Assembly (NCBI GenBank): GCA_944390535.1
Contig: CALXQV010000040.1
Span: 7,588-71,587, forward strand
DNA length: 64,000 nt
DNA from: an uncultured Clostridia bacterium
Lineage (GTDB): Bacteria; Bacillota; Clostridia; TANB77; CAG-508
Direction: 5' to 3'
The notes under the pieces are model-generated. The model ran no database searches and had not been told where the DNA came from. It saw only the letters and a list, made by a program, of their open reading frames with translations. This document shows positions 29,939 through 41,329 of this stretch, in pieces. Both the position numbers and the translations under genes were made by a program. Positions within the stretch are counted from its first letter, which is position 1. Each line of letters starts with the position of its first letter.

Positions 29939-30254
29939 TAATAGCTATATGATGTGCAAGATCTTTAATTTTTTCATTTAATTCTGTTATTTTTAAATTG
30001 TTTAAATATACTTCTATTAATAAAAATGCAATAATAATGACAAATACAAAATTTACTGGTGCTTCAAATCCTAAACCTGTTGCACACCACTCTACCACTC
30101 CTAGAAAAATACTCATAAATATCAATAAAAAGCTACCTAACATCCATACAATTGCATTTTCTACTTTCAATTTTGCTTGTTTAATCTTTTTGATACATAA
30201 AATGCAAGAAATGATAGAACAAACAATTAATATAACTCTTAATGTGATTGACAT
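29895..30254 (-). CDS. DUF2304-like small membrane protein
   Basis: 119 aa, 3 TM segments, adjacent to a DPM-synthase-like GT2 gene. Confidence 0.45.
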   Translation of the reverse strand: MSITLRVILIVCSIISCILCIKKIKQAKLKVENAIVWMLGSFLLIFMSIFLGVVEWCATGLGFEAPVNFVFVIIIAFLLIEVYLNNLKITELNEKIKDLAHHIAINEYKINNEKEKKDE

Positions 30255-30256
30255 AA

Positions 30257-30955
30257 TTATCTCCCCTCTTTCTTTCTAATTGTTAGATTTCTAATTAAGA
30301 ATATGGAAAAGAACATGTTTGCCATATATTTAACAGATTTTAAAGGACTTAAATATGATTCTCCAAATTCTCTTTCTTTCATTTCTACTTGTACTTCTTT
30401 AATTTTCATATTCTTTTTCAACATATATACCAGTGTGTCTGGTTCAGGTGTTAAACTAGCATCTGCCACAAAAGCTTCTATTGCTTTTCTATCATAGGCT
30501 CTCATTCCAGAGGTAGGGTCTGTTATTTTCTTGAAAGTTGTTAATCTAATAGCTAAACTAATGAATCGACTTCCTAACATTCTCATGGAAAATGGTTTCT
30601 TCTCTTCGATAAATCTTGATCCAATGGCAATGTTTACATTTTCCTCTTTAATTTCTTTTACTAAATCTTTTAAATATTTTGCCTGATGCTGGCCATCACC
30701 ATCGAATTGAATGGCGATATCATAACCGTTTTGATAGGCATATTTCATCCCCAATTGTATTCCGCTTGTTAGTCCGTAGTTCACTGGTAATGATAAAACA
30801 TGATATCTGTTTTTTAAGCAGACTTCTTTTGTGTTGTCTTTAGAGCAATCATTGATAATTATGTAATCATAGTTTGTATTATTTTTTATATCTGATATTG
30901 TTTTTTCAATATTTAGTTCTTCGTTGTATGCTGGTACAATAATTAATGTTTTCAT
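30257..30955 (-). CDS. GT2 polyprenyl-phosphate sugar transferase (DPM-synthase-like)
   Basis: IIVPAYNEE...FDGDGQH motifs. Confidence 0.7.
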   Translation of the reverse strand: MKTLIIVPAYNEELNIEKTISDIKNNTNYDYIIINDCSKDNTKEVCLKNRYHVLSLPVNYGLTSGIQLGMKYAYQNGYDIAIQFDGDGQHQAKYLKDLVKEIKEENVNIAIGSRFIEEKKPFSMRMLGSRFISLAIRLTTFKKITDPTSGMRAYDRKAIEAFVADASLTPEPDTLVYMLKKNMKIKEVQVEMKEREFGESYLSPLKSVKYMANMFFSIFLIRNLTIRKKEGR

Positions 30956-30970
30956 TTCTATATTTCTCCT

Positions 30971-32857
30971 TTATTTGTTAAAATGTTCAAATATCATTAA
31001 TAATGAAGGAATATATAATATGATTAGTGACATATAATATATTACTTTTTTATAAGAAAGCTTTAATGAAATTCTATCACTTTCAAACAAAATCAAAATT
31101 AATGCTAGTATTGGTATAAAATATCTTCCTTGTACTCCTTCAACAATTGTGCTTTCTGCCCTTGTAAATCCTACATACATTCCACCAAAAATCAAAGCAA
31201 TGATTGCTAATACTATAATAGAAATGATGATTTTATCTTTTTTATTAAGATATATATTTTCTTGATTATTATCTTTATGGAAAGTTGCTAACAACATAAA
31301 TACAACAAATATGAAGTTAACGATATGTGGTGTAAACCATCCCCCTATCATTGTATATATATATTCCTCTGTATTGTTATATAGCGTATTTCCAGCAGTA
31401 TATGCATCTCTTATAAGATTAGATAATGTAAAGTAGATTTGTTCTGGTTGATTTGTTCGAATAGCTATTTGTACCATATCTTGTGTTAACCTGTTCCATA
31501 TTAAAATCGGAAGAGCTATTATCATGACCATAATCAAAGCAAGTATATAATATTCTTTATTAGTTCTAAATTTAGATTTTGGTAAAATAAAGAATAATCC
31601 TGCTGCTAAAATATAAACGATTTTACATATTGCAGGTATCATAAATAGGATACCTAATAAAATAATATCTTTCCATGTTACTTTTTCCTTTACATACTTT
31701 AAATGTAATATATATGCTATTGCTAAAGTTAGTGTAGCAATAATAACAGCATCTGGTGATAATGAAGCAGCTACTAGTAATGACATTGGAAGTAATGCTA
31801 TAACAATCAGTATATTTTTCCATTTTTCTTTTGGTATTAATTTTATCGCAAAATAAATACATAATAAATAAGCTATCAAATTGGTAATTCTTCCAGCTAT
31901 AGCAATTAAAGTTGGACTTAATTGCATTATTCTAGCTAGTAATATTCCAATTGCTTGTGGTAAATAACCAAATGGTGATAAGTTAGATACTGTCCCTGGA
32001 TTTATATAAGTACCATCTTCTGGATTAATTCCTTCATCAATTGTTTCTAAAACTTCTTGATAAGAATATGTATTATTTTCTATATGATATAATCCATTTT
32101 CGTCAATTACTGTAGCATAAACTGCTTTTGGAATTGTCCCTTTATTGGAATTAGAAGTGAAGTTTCCCATTGAAACCTCATATGCTTTCCAAAAATGTGC
32201 ATGCTCATCATAACTTCTTAAAGGTAGATTTAAAAAAGCTAGTAAAAGTCCAAATATAGCACCTATTATCAAAAACAGATTCTCTTTTTTTATTTTATTT
32301 AAAAATTTGATGATATTTTTTCCATAGCTAAAAATTAAATATCCTGCCATTATAACAATAAAGAAAATAGCTATCTGTGCAAATGAAAAAACGTTTTCAG
32401 GTAAATAATCTATATTTGCATTTAAAGCAATCTGTTCTATGTCATCTATATTGATAGTTCCATTTTGAAATGAAATTTGTAAATTATTAATATTTTCTTC
32501 ATTGATATATGCTTTAAATTTTGTTTGTTCTTTGTTAGATTTTAACATTAAGGTACTATCATTATTGAATAATATTCTAATATATTTATCCTCAGATGTT
32601 TCTTTCATTGTCATTTCAACGTTATATAAATTAGAAATTTTCTGATCATATTGTAAATATACATATCCATATTCATCTGGTTGTGTTAAATTAAAATCTT
32701 CTACTTTCAAATTTATTGTCTCATTATCAATTAAATGTTTTGCAGAATATAATTTTTTTATGGCTATATTATATCCTGCTAATGCAAATTCTAATAAAAC
32801 TGAAATTAAAAGAATTATGATAATTGCCTTTATCCATTTTCTTATTTGCACTTTCAT
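30971..32857 (-). CDS. Large polytopic membrane protein, probably a GT-C-type glycosyltransferase
   Basis: N-terminal TM segment, ~130-aa extracytoplasmic stretch, then >10 TM segments. Its neighbours are DUF2304 and a GT2 gene. Confidence 0.35.
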   Translation of the reverse strand: MKVQIRKWIKAIIIILLISVLLEFALAGYNIAIKKLYSAKHLIDNETINLKVEDFNLTQPDEYGYVYLQYDQKISNLYNVEMTMKETSEDKYIRILFNNDSTLMLKSNKEQTKFKAYINEENINNLQISFQNGTINIDDIEQIALNANIDYLPENVFSFAQIAIFFIVIMAGYLIFSYGKNIIKFLNKIKKENLFLIIGAIFGLLLAFLNLPLRSYDEHAHFWKAYEVSMGNFTSNSNKGTIPKAVYATVIDENGLYHIENNTYSYQEVLETIDEGINPEDGTYINPGTVSNLSPFGYLPQAIGILLARIMQLSPTLIAIAGRITNLIAYLLCIYFAIKLIPKEKWKNILIVIALLPMSLLVAASLSPDAVIIATLTLAIAYILHLKYVKEKVTWKDIILLGILFMIPAICKIVYILAAGLFFILPKSKFRTNKEYYILALIMVMIIALPILIWNRLTQDMVQIAIRTNQPEQIYFTLSNLIRDAYTAGNTLYNNTEEYIYTMIGGWFTPHIVNFIFVVFMLLATFHKDNNQENIYLNKKDKIIISIIVLAIIALIFGGMYVGFTRAESTIVEGVQGRYFIPILALILILFESDRISLKLSYKKVIYYMSLIILYIPSLLMIFEHFNK

Positions 32858-32877
32858 CGTTTAAAATATCCACCTTT

Positions 32878-35064
32878 CTATTTTAACTTATTTCTTACTT
32901 TCTTTGCTACACGATATAATTTTCTTGCTATTCTTCCTGGAAAAGTATTTAGTATTCTTTCCAATTTATATATTCTATCATCAATCTGTGGGGTTGCATC
33001 ACTTGATGGTAGGAAAACAGGCGTTGATGGATTATTCCAATAAAATGGTTGCCCATTTGTTAATAATAACATATATACTTCTTTTGCATATTTTTCAAAT
33101 AGTTTTTCATGTCCATCTCTTGAAACTTGATACAAATAAATACGCATTTTTTTATTAAAAGCTCTAGACATAGAATCTTTTCTAACTCTATACAAATTTA
33201 ACAATTCTGGAATTGCTACACCTAAACATCCATGTTCGGCTAGGCTTACCCATCCGTCATAATCTTCCATTCCATATTCCATTTTTACTCTATTTTTCCC
33301 AAAGTTCAAAAAATCATTTTTTCTAATGACAGCATATGCGGCTAACATATTTGCACATAACAAATATGGTATATGTGTATTAAATGTTGGCCAGACAGCT
33401 TCACTACCTTCAAAGTATTTAACCCAACTATATACATAAGATACATTTTTATATTGGTGTAATATATTAATCGCTTTCTGATAAAATGTTTTATCAATTT
33501 TATCATCTGCATCTATGAAGGCTACAAATTCTCCTTTTGCTGCTTCTGCTCCCACATTTCTCGCATTTGCTAGTCCCTGATTTTCTATGTTAATAATTCT
33601 TATTTTTGAATCATTTTCATAATTTTTAAGAACTTCTATACTTTCTTTATCTGAACTACCATCATTTACGATAATAATTTCATAATTTTTGTAAGTATTT
33701 TGCTCAATACTTTCTATTGTTTCTGGTAGTGTTTTCCCTAAATTGTAGTATGGAATAACCACAGATATTAAGTCTTTTTCACCATCATATGTTTTTATAT
33801 ATGAATCCTTAGGCATTTCTTCAACAAAAGGAAATTCTGTTTTTATTTTCTTTTTATTTTTTATTACTTCTTCAAAAAATGCTTTTCTTAATTGAATATT
33901 TTTCTCCATGTTACATAAATCATGAATCCTTGTTTTAGCATTTTTTCCCATTTGTTGTGCATCTGTTTCGTTCATATTGATGATTTGTTCAAGTTTATTC
34001 TCAAAATCATTTTTTACATCCCAATCAAAAATAATTCCGTTTTTACCAGATTCTTTAACCATTTCTGCCTGTCCTCCACTTTTAGAAACTAAAACTGGTC
34101 TTCCAAGCCACATAGCATAAATACAAGTATTGGGGAAATTTTCATATAGTGATGGTATAATGACTGCATTTGCAGATAAAATATGTGGAATTAACTCTAA
34201 ATGTGGTATAGGTCCTAATATTTCCAATTTATCTTCTTCAATATATGTAGCATATTTTTTCTTTAATTCTTCTCCAATAAATGTTCCTTTTGACTCTAAT
34301 TTTGTATCTCCTCCAATAATTTTAATTTTAAACTCAAGTCCTTTTTTCCATAATTTTTCTGCACCCTTTAACATTTGAATGACACCTTTTCGGTATTCTG
34401 TTCTACCAAAATACAAAAAGGTTTTCTTGTCATTATTTGATGAAGTTACATCTTTATATTTATCATATTCTTCTTGTTTTATATCAAATGGTAGATTAAT
34501 TACCTTTATTGGTGTGTCTGTTAAATATTGTAACTTATCAGCAAGGAATTGGCTTGGACATAATAGGGCATCTGCACCTTTTATACAAAATTTTTCCATT
34601 TCACCTATCCAATAAAAAGGTGCTTCATATGTATTGAATTGATTGATTTTTAATGTTTCAAAGCTAGGTGTATGTAAGTGAACAACTAAAGGAATATCTT
34701 TTAATTGTTCGTTCAATACTAATTTATTTTGAATAATATATTGTCCATATGCATTATATTCTTGCATTTCTAATATATCTGGCTTTCCATACTTATTAAT
34801 TAAGTTCATAATAACTTCATAATATTGATAAGCTAAAGCATTATCATATCCTAAATATGTATAATATTCTCCTTCACCTTGAGTAAATCGTACAACTCTA
34901 TATCCTTCTTTAGTCATTTCTTCTTTATTGGGTCCTAGAGATCTTACAATAACAGTTACGTCATCACCTGCTTCTGCAAACATTTTTGCACAATTTTCTA
35001 CATATGTTCCAATTCCTCCACCAAAATCTGGTGCAAATTCACCTGTTAAAAACCATATTTTCAT
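32878..35064 (-). CDS. Bifunctional glycosyltransferase (N-terminal GT4, C-terminal GT2)
   Basis: MKIWFLTGEFAPDFGGGIGTY (GT4) and VVIPYYN...FIDADD (GT2). Confidence 0.7.
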   Translation of the reverse strand: MKIWFLTGEFAPDFGGGIGTYVENCAKMFAEAGDDVTVIVRSLGPNKEEMTKEGYRVVRFTQGEGEYYTYLGYDNALAYQYYEVIMNLINKYGKPDILEMQEYNAYGQYIIQNKLVLNEQLKDIPLVVHLHTPSFETLKINQFNTYEAPFYWIGEMEKFCIKGADALLCPSQFLADKLQYLTDTPIKVINLPFDIKQEEYDKYKDVTSSNNDKKTFLYFGRTEYRKGVIQMLKGAEKLWKKGLEFKIKIIGGDTKLESKGTFIGEELKKKYATYIEEDKLEILGPIPHLELIPHILSANAVIIPSLYENFPNTCIYAMWLGRPVLVSKSGGQAEMVKESGKNGIIFDWDVKNDFENKLEQIINMNETDAQQMGKNAKTRIHDLCNMEKNIQLRKAFFEEVIKNKKKIKTEFPFVEEMPKDSYIKTYDGEKDLISVVIPYYNLGKTLPETIESIEQNTYKNYEIIIVNDGSSDKESIEVLKNYENDSKIRIINIENQGLANARNVGAEAAKGEFVAFIDADDKIDKTFYQKAINILHQYKNVSYVYSWVKYFEGSEAVWPTFNTHIPYLLCANMLAAYAVIRKNDFLNFGKNRVKMEYGMEDYDGWVSLAEHGCLGVAIPELLNLYRVRKDSMSRAFNKKMRIYLYQVSRDGHEKLFEKYAKEVYMLLLTNGQPFYWNNPSTPVFLPSSDATPQIDDRIYKLERILNTFPGRIARKLYRVAKKVRNKLK

Positions 35065-35083
35065 TTCTTTGTTCCTTTCTCTT

Positions 35084-36421
35084 CTATATTTTGCTTATCC
35101 CTTTAAAAAACCTTCCTACTTTTCTTATTCCTCTAACAGGAAACAAATTCATAACCTTATATTCTAATATTTTTAATTTATAGATAAATTCACTATTTTT
35201 AATTTTTTCTATTTCTTTAATTTTAAATTCTTTTTTTAAATCCTCATTATAGTCTGTATTAGATAAAAATATTTTTTCTATTTTTCTAGTTTGTAATATA
35301 TAATTGATAAAGTTTATCCAATTTTCACTATTTAAAAAAGTTGTCAAATCGTAAACGATTGAAAACTGCTCATATTTTTGCCTATAAAAATATTGAGAAT
35401 GTATATCTTTTTGAAGTGTAATAATATAAACTTTGCTATTTTGGGCTTGTTTTTTTATGTTTTTATACATTTTACTGTCTGTTCCTAAATATGGCAAAAT
35501 ATACAAATACGCTTGTTTATCTTTTTCTAGTATTTCTATGTTTTCCATATTATCTATACTCAACATTCCATTTTTCTTTAATAATGGACGATTATTTGAT
35601 TTTTTGGGATAAATTACAGCTTCTATTTTTTTATCTATTTTATCTGATACATCTTTTATATCATTCATCTTTAGTAGATATTCTTTTTTATGTTCATCAT
35701 TAATGTCTGTTAATAAACTTTCCTCTCTTCTTCTATACCAAAAGCCATAATATCCAACTTGAACTGGAAATTGATTGTTTTGTAACATTCTAAGCCATAG
35801 ATACCAATCTTCATTCATATATCTTTTTGCTACTCCATATCCACCAAGCTCTAGGATTTTATCTTTTCTTATAAGTGCTGTTGCGGTTATTTGATTTACT
35901 GTTTTCATTTTTTCACTATCAAACTCTACATCTGCTAAATATATATATTTTCCAAATCCTACTGAATCTGTAAAAACCCAAGTTGCTTTTGGATTGGTCT
36001 CTAAAGTCCAATATAGTGTTTCTATATATGTGGGTTCTATTAAATCATCTGCATCTAATGGTAATACATAATTTGTAGTTGCGTATTTTATACCATAGTC
36101 TCTTCCTAAAGCTAGCCCCTCATTTTTTTTATGATATATCCTTATCCTTTCATCCATTTTTTGCACTTTATTTAAATATTCTATTGCTTCTTGATTTGTA
36201 CTACCATCATCTACAATTATCCACTCCCAGTTTTGAAAAGTTTGATTCATCACGCAATTTATTGTCTGCCACATAAACTCATTAGAATTATAGTATGATG
36301 TAATAATGGAAACTAATGGTTTCACATTTTTTATTTTTTTACTTTGTGTGTTTAATCTTCTCCCTGGTTGCTTATTATAATCCCAAAAAAATTTATCTTC
36401 TTTCATTTTACTCCTACTCAC
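35084..36421 (-). CDS. GT2 glycosyltransferase with a C-terminal extension
   Basis: VSIITSYYN...LDADD motifs. Confidence 0.65.
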   Translation of the reverse strand: MSRSKMKEDKFFWDYNKQPGRRLNTQSKKIKNVKPLVSIITSYYNSNEFMWQTINCVMNQTFQNWEWIIVDDGSTNQEAIEYLNKVQKMDERIRIYHKKNEGLALGRDYGIKYATTNYVLPLDADDLIEPTYIETLYWTLETNPKATWVFTDSVGFGKYIYLADVEFDSEKMKTVNQITATALIRKDKILELGGYGVAKRYMNEDWYLWLRMLQNNQFPVQVGYYGFWYRRREESLLTDINDEHKKEYLLKMNDIKDVSDKIDKKIEAVIYPKKSNNRPLLKKNGMLSIDNMENIEILEKDKQAYLYILPYLGTDSKMYKNIKKQAQNSKVYIITLQKDIHSQYFYRQKYEQFSIVYDLTTFLNSENWINFINYILQTRKIEKIFLSNTDYNEDLKKEFKIKEIEKIKNSEFIYKLKILEYKVMNLFPVRGIRKVGRFFKGISKI

Positions 36422-37433
36422 ATAGTTTTTTAAAAAATTCTCTATATTTCATTCCTATTTTACTCCAGTCAAAGCTTGTAATTTGTCTCAAATTCTCCTC
36501 TGATAAGCTTTTATACTTATTTTTATTTCTTATTAGGTATTTTATTTTTTCTTTTAGACATTCTTTACTTCTTTCTTCAAGAATCAATTCTCTTTGCAAT
36601 TTTCCAAAAGCTTCTTCTGCTATTCCTACATTTGTAGTAATAACTGGGATTCCCATTGCCATAGCCTCCAATACTGGCATTGGTGTACCTTCTTCTTTAG
36701 AAGCACATATATATAAGTTAATAGAGTTATAAAAAGTTGGCATATCACTCTGAGAAATTTTCTTTATGTTTCTATCAGCTAATCTTAATTCTATATCATA
36801 TCCTTCTTCTTGCAATTCCTTTATTACTGGCTTTATAATTCCTTCTACACCTTTCATATCAGCATCATTGTCGGAATCAACAAATTTACTATTTCCTACC
36901 CAACCTACAATCAGTTTGTTAGGATTGTAAAATCTTTCTAAATTCTCTGGCTTATAATCTTTCAAATTCACTCCATCATGTATAATCATTTGTGGTTTTA
37001 TACTTTTTTCACTATAAATTTTATATAGCTTATCTGATGTTACAAAATAATAATTTGAATATTTAAGTATCTTATCTGTTCTCCACTCTTCCTCTCCTCT
37101 TAAGTATAAATGGTCACATACTCCGAAAGATATCTTTTTATTGTAGATATAGGTATCTTTAAATTGATCTAATGTCATTCCATAATAATTTTCTACTTCA
37201 TATTTTAAATTATCACTGTCTATTAAAGATAAATAGCCTCTCCACAAAAAATGGATAATATCGTATTTTTGACAATATAAGAAAAGTCTGAGCATATTTC
37301 CTTGAAATATTATACCAGGTATGATATCTATTTCAAATTCTTTTAAATATGGTATTACATTTTGTGCAATATTATCAAAAGCCCACCCCTCTGTATCAAT
37401 TATAAAAGCAATTTTTATTTTTTTCATCCGCAT
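36414..37433 (-). CDS. GT1/GT4-like glycosyltransferase
   Basis: EEGTPMPVLEAMAMGIPVITTNVG C-terminal motif. Confidence 0.5.
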   Translation of the reverse strand: MRMKKIKIAFIIDTEGWAFDNIAQNVIPYLKEFEIDIIPGIIFQGNMLRLFLYCQKYDIIHFLWRGYLSLIDSDNLKYEVENYYGMTLDQFKDTYIYNKKISFGVCDHLYLRGEEEWRTDKILKYSNYYFVTSDKLYKIYSEKSIKPQMIIHDGVNLKDYKPENLERFYNPNKLIVGWVGNSKFVDSDNDADMKGVEGIIKPVIKELQEEGYDIELRLADRNIKKISQSDMPTFYNSINLYICASKEEGTPMPVLEAMAMGIPVITTNVGIAEEAFGKLQRELILEERSKECLKEKIKYLIRNKNKYKSLSEENLRQITSFDWSKIGMKYREFFKKLCE

Positions 37434-37705
37434 TATCTCCTAAATATTTTTTTTACTTTTTTAATTAATTTATAGCTTCTTGAATAAATAATAGAATCTA
37501 ATTCTTTTTGTATTCTTTGCACTTCAATATTTAAATGTTCGTATTTTTTCTTATATTCTAATGTTTCATTTTCTTTATTTTTGAGTTCTGCTAATAGTTT
37601 TTGACAATTCTGCTTTATAATCTCATTTTCTTTTGTTAAAGTTTCTAGTAAAATTTCATTATTATTCATATGTTTCTCCACCTTATCATTATAATTCTTC
37701 GGCAA
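37433..37705 (-). CDS. Hypothetical coiled-coil protein, translationally coupled between the ABC permease and GT genes
   Basis: 90 aa, K/E-rich; overlaps both neighbours. Confidence 0.3.
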   Translation of the reverse strand: MPKNYNDKVEKHMNNNEILLETLTKENEIIKQNCQKLLAELKNKENETLEYKKKYEHLNIEVQRIQKELDSIIYSRSYKLIKKVKKIFRR

Positions 37706-38462
37706 ATTTCTTTTCTAGTTTTTTAAATAATAGATATCCTATAAGACATAAAACAATTCCCATGGTAAACGCAATTAGTAAATTCATAAAATCTGGTGGC
37801 ATTTTATTATAGAATATATTTCTATAGCCTTCTATCAAATATGTCATTGGATTGATCTTTATTATCCATTGCAATCCTGCTGGTACTTGATTAGCTGCGT
37901 ATACAATTGGTGTTGCATAAAATAATAATTGTATGATAATTCCTAGTATATGTATTAAATCTCTAAAATAAACACTTAGACTCGAAACAATAAATGAAAT
38001 TCCTATACATACCATATATTGAATAGCAAGAATTACAAAATACCATAAAATATTTATTGAAAGACCGATCCCTCCAAATATGACAAATCCTAATATAATA
38101 ATTGTTGAGATTAAAAAATTAACACCTTCACTTGTTACAACAGATATTGGTAAAATTTCTCTTGGAAAATAAACCTTTTTTATAATGTTTGCATTATCAA
38201 TAATGGTTGCAGCACCTCTTTGTACTACTCCTGCAAAATATTGCCAAGGAATTAAGCCACAACACAAATATACTGTATAATTTTCTATGTTACTTTTTAA
38301 AATCACTTGAAATACTAGTGCATATACCATAATTGATAAAAGTGGATTTACAAACGACCATAAGACACCCAAAAATGAATTTTTATACTTTCCACCAACA
38401 TCTTTTTTTATATTTGTTTTCAAAAGTTCTCTATAATTGTATAAATCTTTAATTGTATTCAT
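37689..38462 (-). CDS. ABC-2 type polysaccharide export permease (Wzm/TagG-like)
   Basis: 6 TM segments; typical ABC-2 size. Confidence 0.7.
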   Translation of the reverse strand: MNTIKDLYNYRELLKTNIKKDVGGKYKNSFLGVLWSFVNPLLSIMVYALVFQVILKSNIENYTVYLCCGLIPWQYFAGVVQRGAATIIDNANIIKKVYFPREILPISVVTSEGVNFLISTIIILGFVIFGGIGLSINILWYFVILAIQYMVCIGISFIVSSLSVYFRDLIHILGIIIQLLFYATPIVYAANQVPAGLQWIIKINPMTYLIEGYRNIFYNKMPPDFMNLLIAFTMGIVLCLIGYLLFKKLEKKFAEEL

Positions 38463-38472
38463 AAGTTCTCTC

Positions 38473-39216
38473 CTATTTCATTTCTTCTAAATATTTATCA
38501 ATAATCTCATCTGGTTTTCCGTCCATACGTATTTCACCATTACTTAGCCATATAGCACGATTACAAAATTCTTTCACTGTTCCTAAACTATGGGTAACGA
38601 AAACCATGGTTTTTCCCTCTTCTTTCAATTCTCTCATTTTTGCTATACATTTATCTTGAAAATGTTGATCTCCTACCGCTAGTACTTCATCAACTAGAAG
38701 TATATCTGCATCCACGTTAATAGCTATGGCAAAAGCCAATCTCATATACATACCTGATGAATATGTTCGAACAGGATTATCTATGTAAGTTCCTAATTCT
38801 GAAAATTCAATTATTTTATCTAATCTATCATCAATTTGTTGTCTAGTCAGTCCAAAGATAGAAGCATTAAAATAAATATTTTCTCTTCCTGAAAAATCAG
38901 GATGAAAGCCAGCTCCAAGTTCAAGAAGTGAAGTCAGCTTGCCATATGTCGTTATTTGCCCTTTATTTGGATAAATAATTTTTGTCATTAGTTTTAAAAG
39001 TGTTGATTTTCCGCTTCCATTCACTCCAATTAATGCTACTGCTTCTCCATTTTTTATTGTTAAATTAATATTTTTTAAAACTTCTCTTTTTTCTTTATTG
39101 TTTCTTTTCCAAAATAACATTTTTTCTTTTAAACTATTTGCTTTATCTAGATAAACATCAAAAGTTTTATATACATTTTCTACAATAATTCTATTAATTT
39201 CGTTATTATCTTGCAT
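38473..39216 (-). CDS. ABC polysaccharide export ATP-binding protein (Wzt/TagH-like)
   Basis: GVNGSGKSTLLKL Walker A; LSGGM-like signature; Walker B. The start is trimmed to MQDNNE, which has a GAAAGGAAAAAACG RBS. Confidence 0.8.
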   Translation of the reverse strand: MQDNNEINRIIVENVYKTFDVYLDKANSLKEKMLFWKRNNKEKREVLKNINLTIKNGEAVALIGVNGSGKSTLLKLMTKIIYPNKGQITTYGKLTSLLELGAGFHPDFSGRENIYFNASIFGLTRQQIDDRLDKIIEFSELGTYIDNPVRTYSSGMYMRLAFAIAINVDADILLVDEVLAVGDQHFQDKCIAKMRELKEEGKTMVFVTHSLGTVKEFCNRAIWLSNGEIRMDGKPDEIIDKYLEEMK

Positions 39217-39271
39217 CGTTTTTTCCTTTCTCAACTGATATGTTATATCATACACTATTATATCTTTAAAG

Positions 39272-40198
39272 TCAATTGAAATCATTTTTCATTTTTGTGT
39301 CAAAAAGCTTTTTCGTTTTATATTTTCCTGGTAAAAATAGAAGTAGATGTAATAATTTATTGACAAATCCATTTATTGATGTGTTGTCAAATTGGTTTGT
39401 TAAATTTTCAAACAGTATATAGTGCTTGATTGCATAGATTCTTTTTTTGAATTTGGTTCCATGCATATTTTTAGCTAAAATTTCTTGAAAATATTTGTAA
39501 TATCCATAAGGATTTTTTTCAAATTGTTCTAAAATATTTTTTGTATATCCCTCTTTTTGATATTCGCAAATCATAATTGGGATATTATAGCATACTATTT
39601 TATAGTTTTCATCCATTTTATGATACATTCTTGCTTCAGTAATAAACTTTTCATGATTTACTAATTCATGCTCGAATTGTTTTCGTATATCTGTGTAAAA
39701 TACAATTGCTTTTTCTCCATTTTCTCCTTCTTTAAAATACAGATCGAACATTGTCGTTTCTTTTTTTCTGAAACAATGTCCCATATTATTTCCTTTTATA
39801 TCATATTTCAAAAAACATATACCATAAAATCTTTTCTCAGCATTTGGATGTTCTTCATATGCATTTTTAATTACTTCAAAAGCTGTATCAGAAAATATAT
39901 CATCAGAATCACACTCTACAATCAAATCTCCAATAGCATATTGAACAACATGATTGATAGCTGACATTTTTCCTTGATTTTCTTGCTTATGGTATTGTAT
40001 TTCTAATTTGTTTTCATCGATATATTGTTTGACAACCTCTTCTGTATTGTCACAAGAACCGTCATCAATAATTAACCATTGTACTTGCATGGTTTGCTGT
40101 AATTGTGTATTTTGTTCCAAATTTCTCACAATACTATTGTATAAATTCCCAAGCATATTTGCTCTATTATAAGTTGGTGTAATAATAGATAATTTCAT
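39272..40198 (-). CDS. GT2 glycosyltransferase
   Basis: LSIITPTYN...DSDD motifs. Confidence 0.65.
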   Translation of the reverse strand: MKLSIITPTYNRANMLGNLYNSIVRNLEQNTQLQQTMQVQWLIIDDGSCDNTEEVVKQYIDENKLEIQYHKQENQGKMSAINHVVQYAIGDLIVECDSDDIFSDTAFEVIKNAYEEHPNAEKRFYGICFLKYDIKGNNMGHCFRKKETTMFDLYFKEGENGEKAIVFYTDIRKQFEHELVNHEKFITEARMYHKMDENYKIVCYNIPIMICEYQKEGYTKNILEQFEKNPYGYYKYFQEILAKNMHGTKFKKRIYAIKHYILFENLTNQFDNTSINGFVNKLLHLLLFLPGKYKTKKLFDTKMKNDFN

Positions 40199-40200
40199 CG

Positions 40201-41307
40201 TTATTCTTCCTTTAATAATTTTTCTAATTCTTTTATAATCTCATGATTATCATATACTTGTTTTTTATCATCAAATGTTTTTATCTGGTTTTCAATAACA
40301 TATTTTAATTGATGATATATTTCATGTTCATCATTTTCTATTATCATTGCATTTTTATAATTTTCAACTGCTTCTCTTGCTGCTGTATTTGTAATCATAA
40401 TTGGTTTATTCAAAATTTTTGCTTCTTCTAAAACCATACCATATCCTTCAAACCTAGAAAGTAAACAAAATATATCTGCTTGTTTTATATAAGGGTATGG
40501 GTTTTCTTTAGCACCTAATAAAATAAATGTCTCTTGTAAGTGTTCATCTTTAATTAGAGTTTCTAATGTATTTCTTTCTGGTCCATCACCAATAACATAA
40601 AATTTATTATTATAATGATTTGCCATTAGTTCTTTATGAATACGAATTAACCTATCAATTCCTTTTTGTTCAACCAATCTTGCAACTGTCAAAAAATTAA
40701 TTTGATGATTATCAAATGAAAAGTCTATTTTTTCTTCAGCTTTTTGTATAACCCTTTGAGAATTTATATAATTGTAAATGACTTTTTTGCTAAGTTGCAT
40801 ATGGGGATAACATCTATCAAACATTTCTTTATTATCTTTGCTAACAAATATTAATTGCTGATATTTGGCATACATGTTTCTATCTATCATTAATTTTAAC
40901 TTGGCCTTTAGAGTGTTTCCATAGACTTTTGAAATATCATTATGAACCCAAGCGATTTTTTTCGTGTCTTTGTTTTTTGTACTAAATAACCTTGTAATTG
41001 GCCCTTCTAAAAAAGCAATTTCTGTATCATACTCACCTTGTATATATTTTTTATAATATTGCTTTTGAAAACAAAGAATTTTTAAAGGTATCATTATTTT
41101 TTCAAATCTACTTAGTTCTTTATATGACTTATCAAACATTCTTTTTAGTGTTATCTTATCATTTAAACTTTTTTCTAGTTGTCCATTTCCATATATCGTA
41201 AATATAGTAATATCAAATGTATTACTTAGTGCATTTACCATATCCACTAATACTCTTTCTGCCCCACCTAATGTTAAACTTGTGATTCCAAATAGTATCT
41301 TTTTCAT
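40201..41307 (-). CDS. GT4 glycosyltransferase
   Basis: GGAERV N-terminus; EGYGMVLEEA C-terminal motif. Confidence 0.7.
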   Translation of the reverse strand: MKKILFGITSLTLGGAERVLVDMVNALSNTFDITIFTIYGNGQLEKSLNDKITLKRMFDKSYKELSRFEKIMIPLKILCFQKQYYKKYIQGEYDTEIAFLEGPITRLFSTKNKDTKKIAWVHNDISKVYGNTLKAKLKLMIDRNMYAKYQQLIFVSKDNKEMFDRCYPHMQLSKKVIYNYINSQRVIQKAEEKIDFSFDNHQINFLTVARLVEQKGIDRLIRIHKELMANHYNNKFYVIGDGPERNTLETLIKDEHLQETFILLGAKENPYPYIKQADIFCLLSRFEGYGMVLEEAKILNKPIMITNTAAREAVENYKNAMIIENDEHEIYHQLKYVIENQIKTFDDKKQVYDNHEIIKELEKLLKEE

Positions 41308-41329
41308 GCTTCATCTCCTATCGTAATTT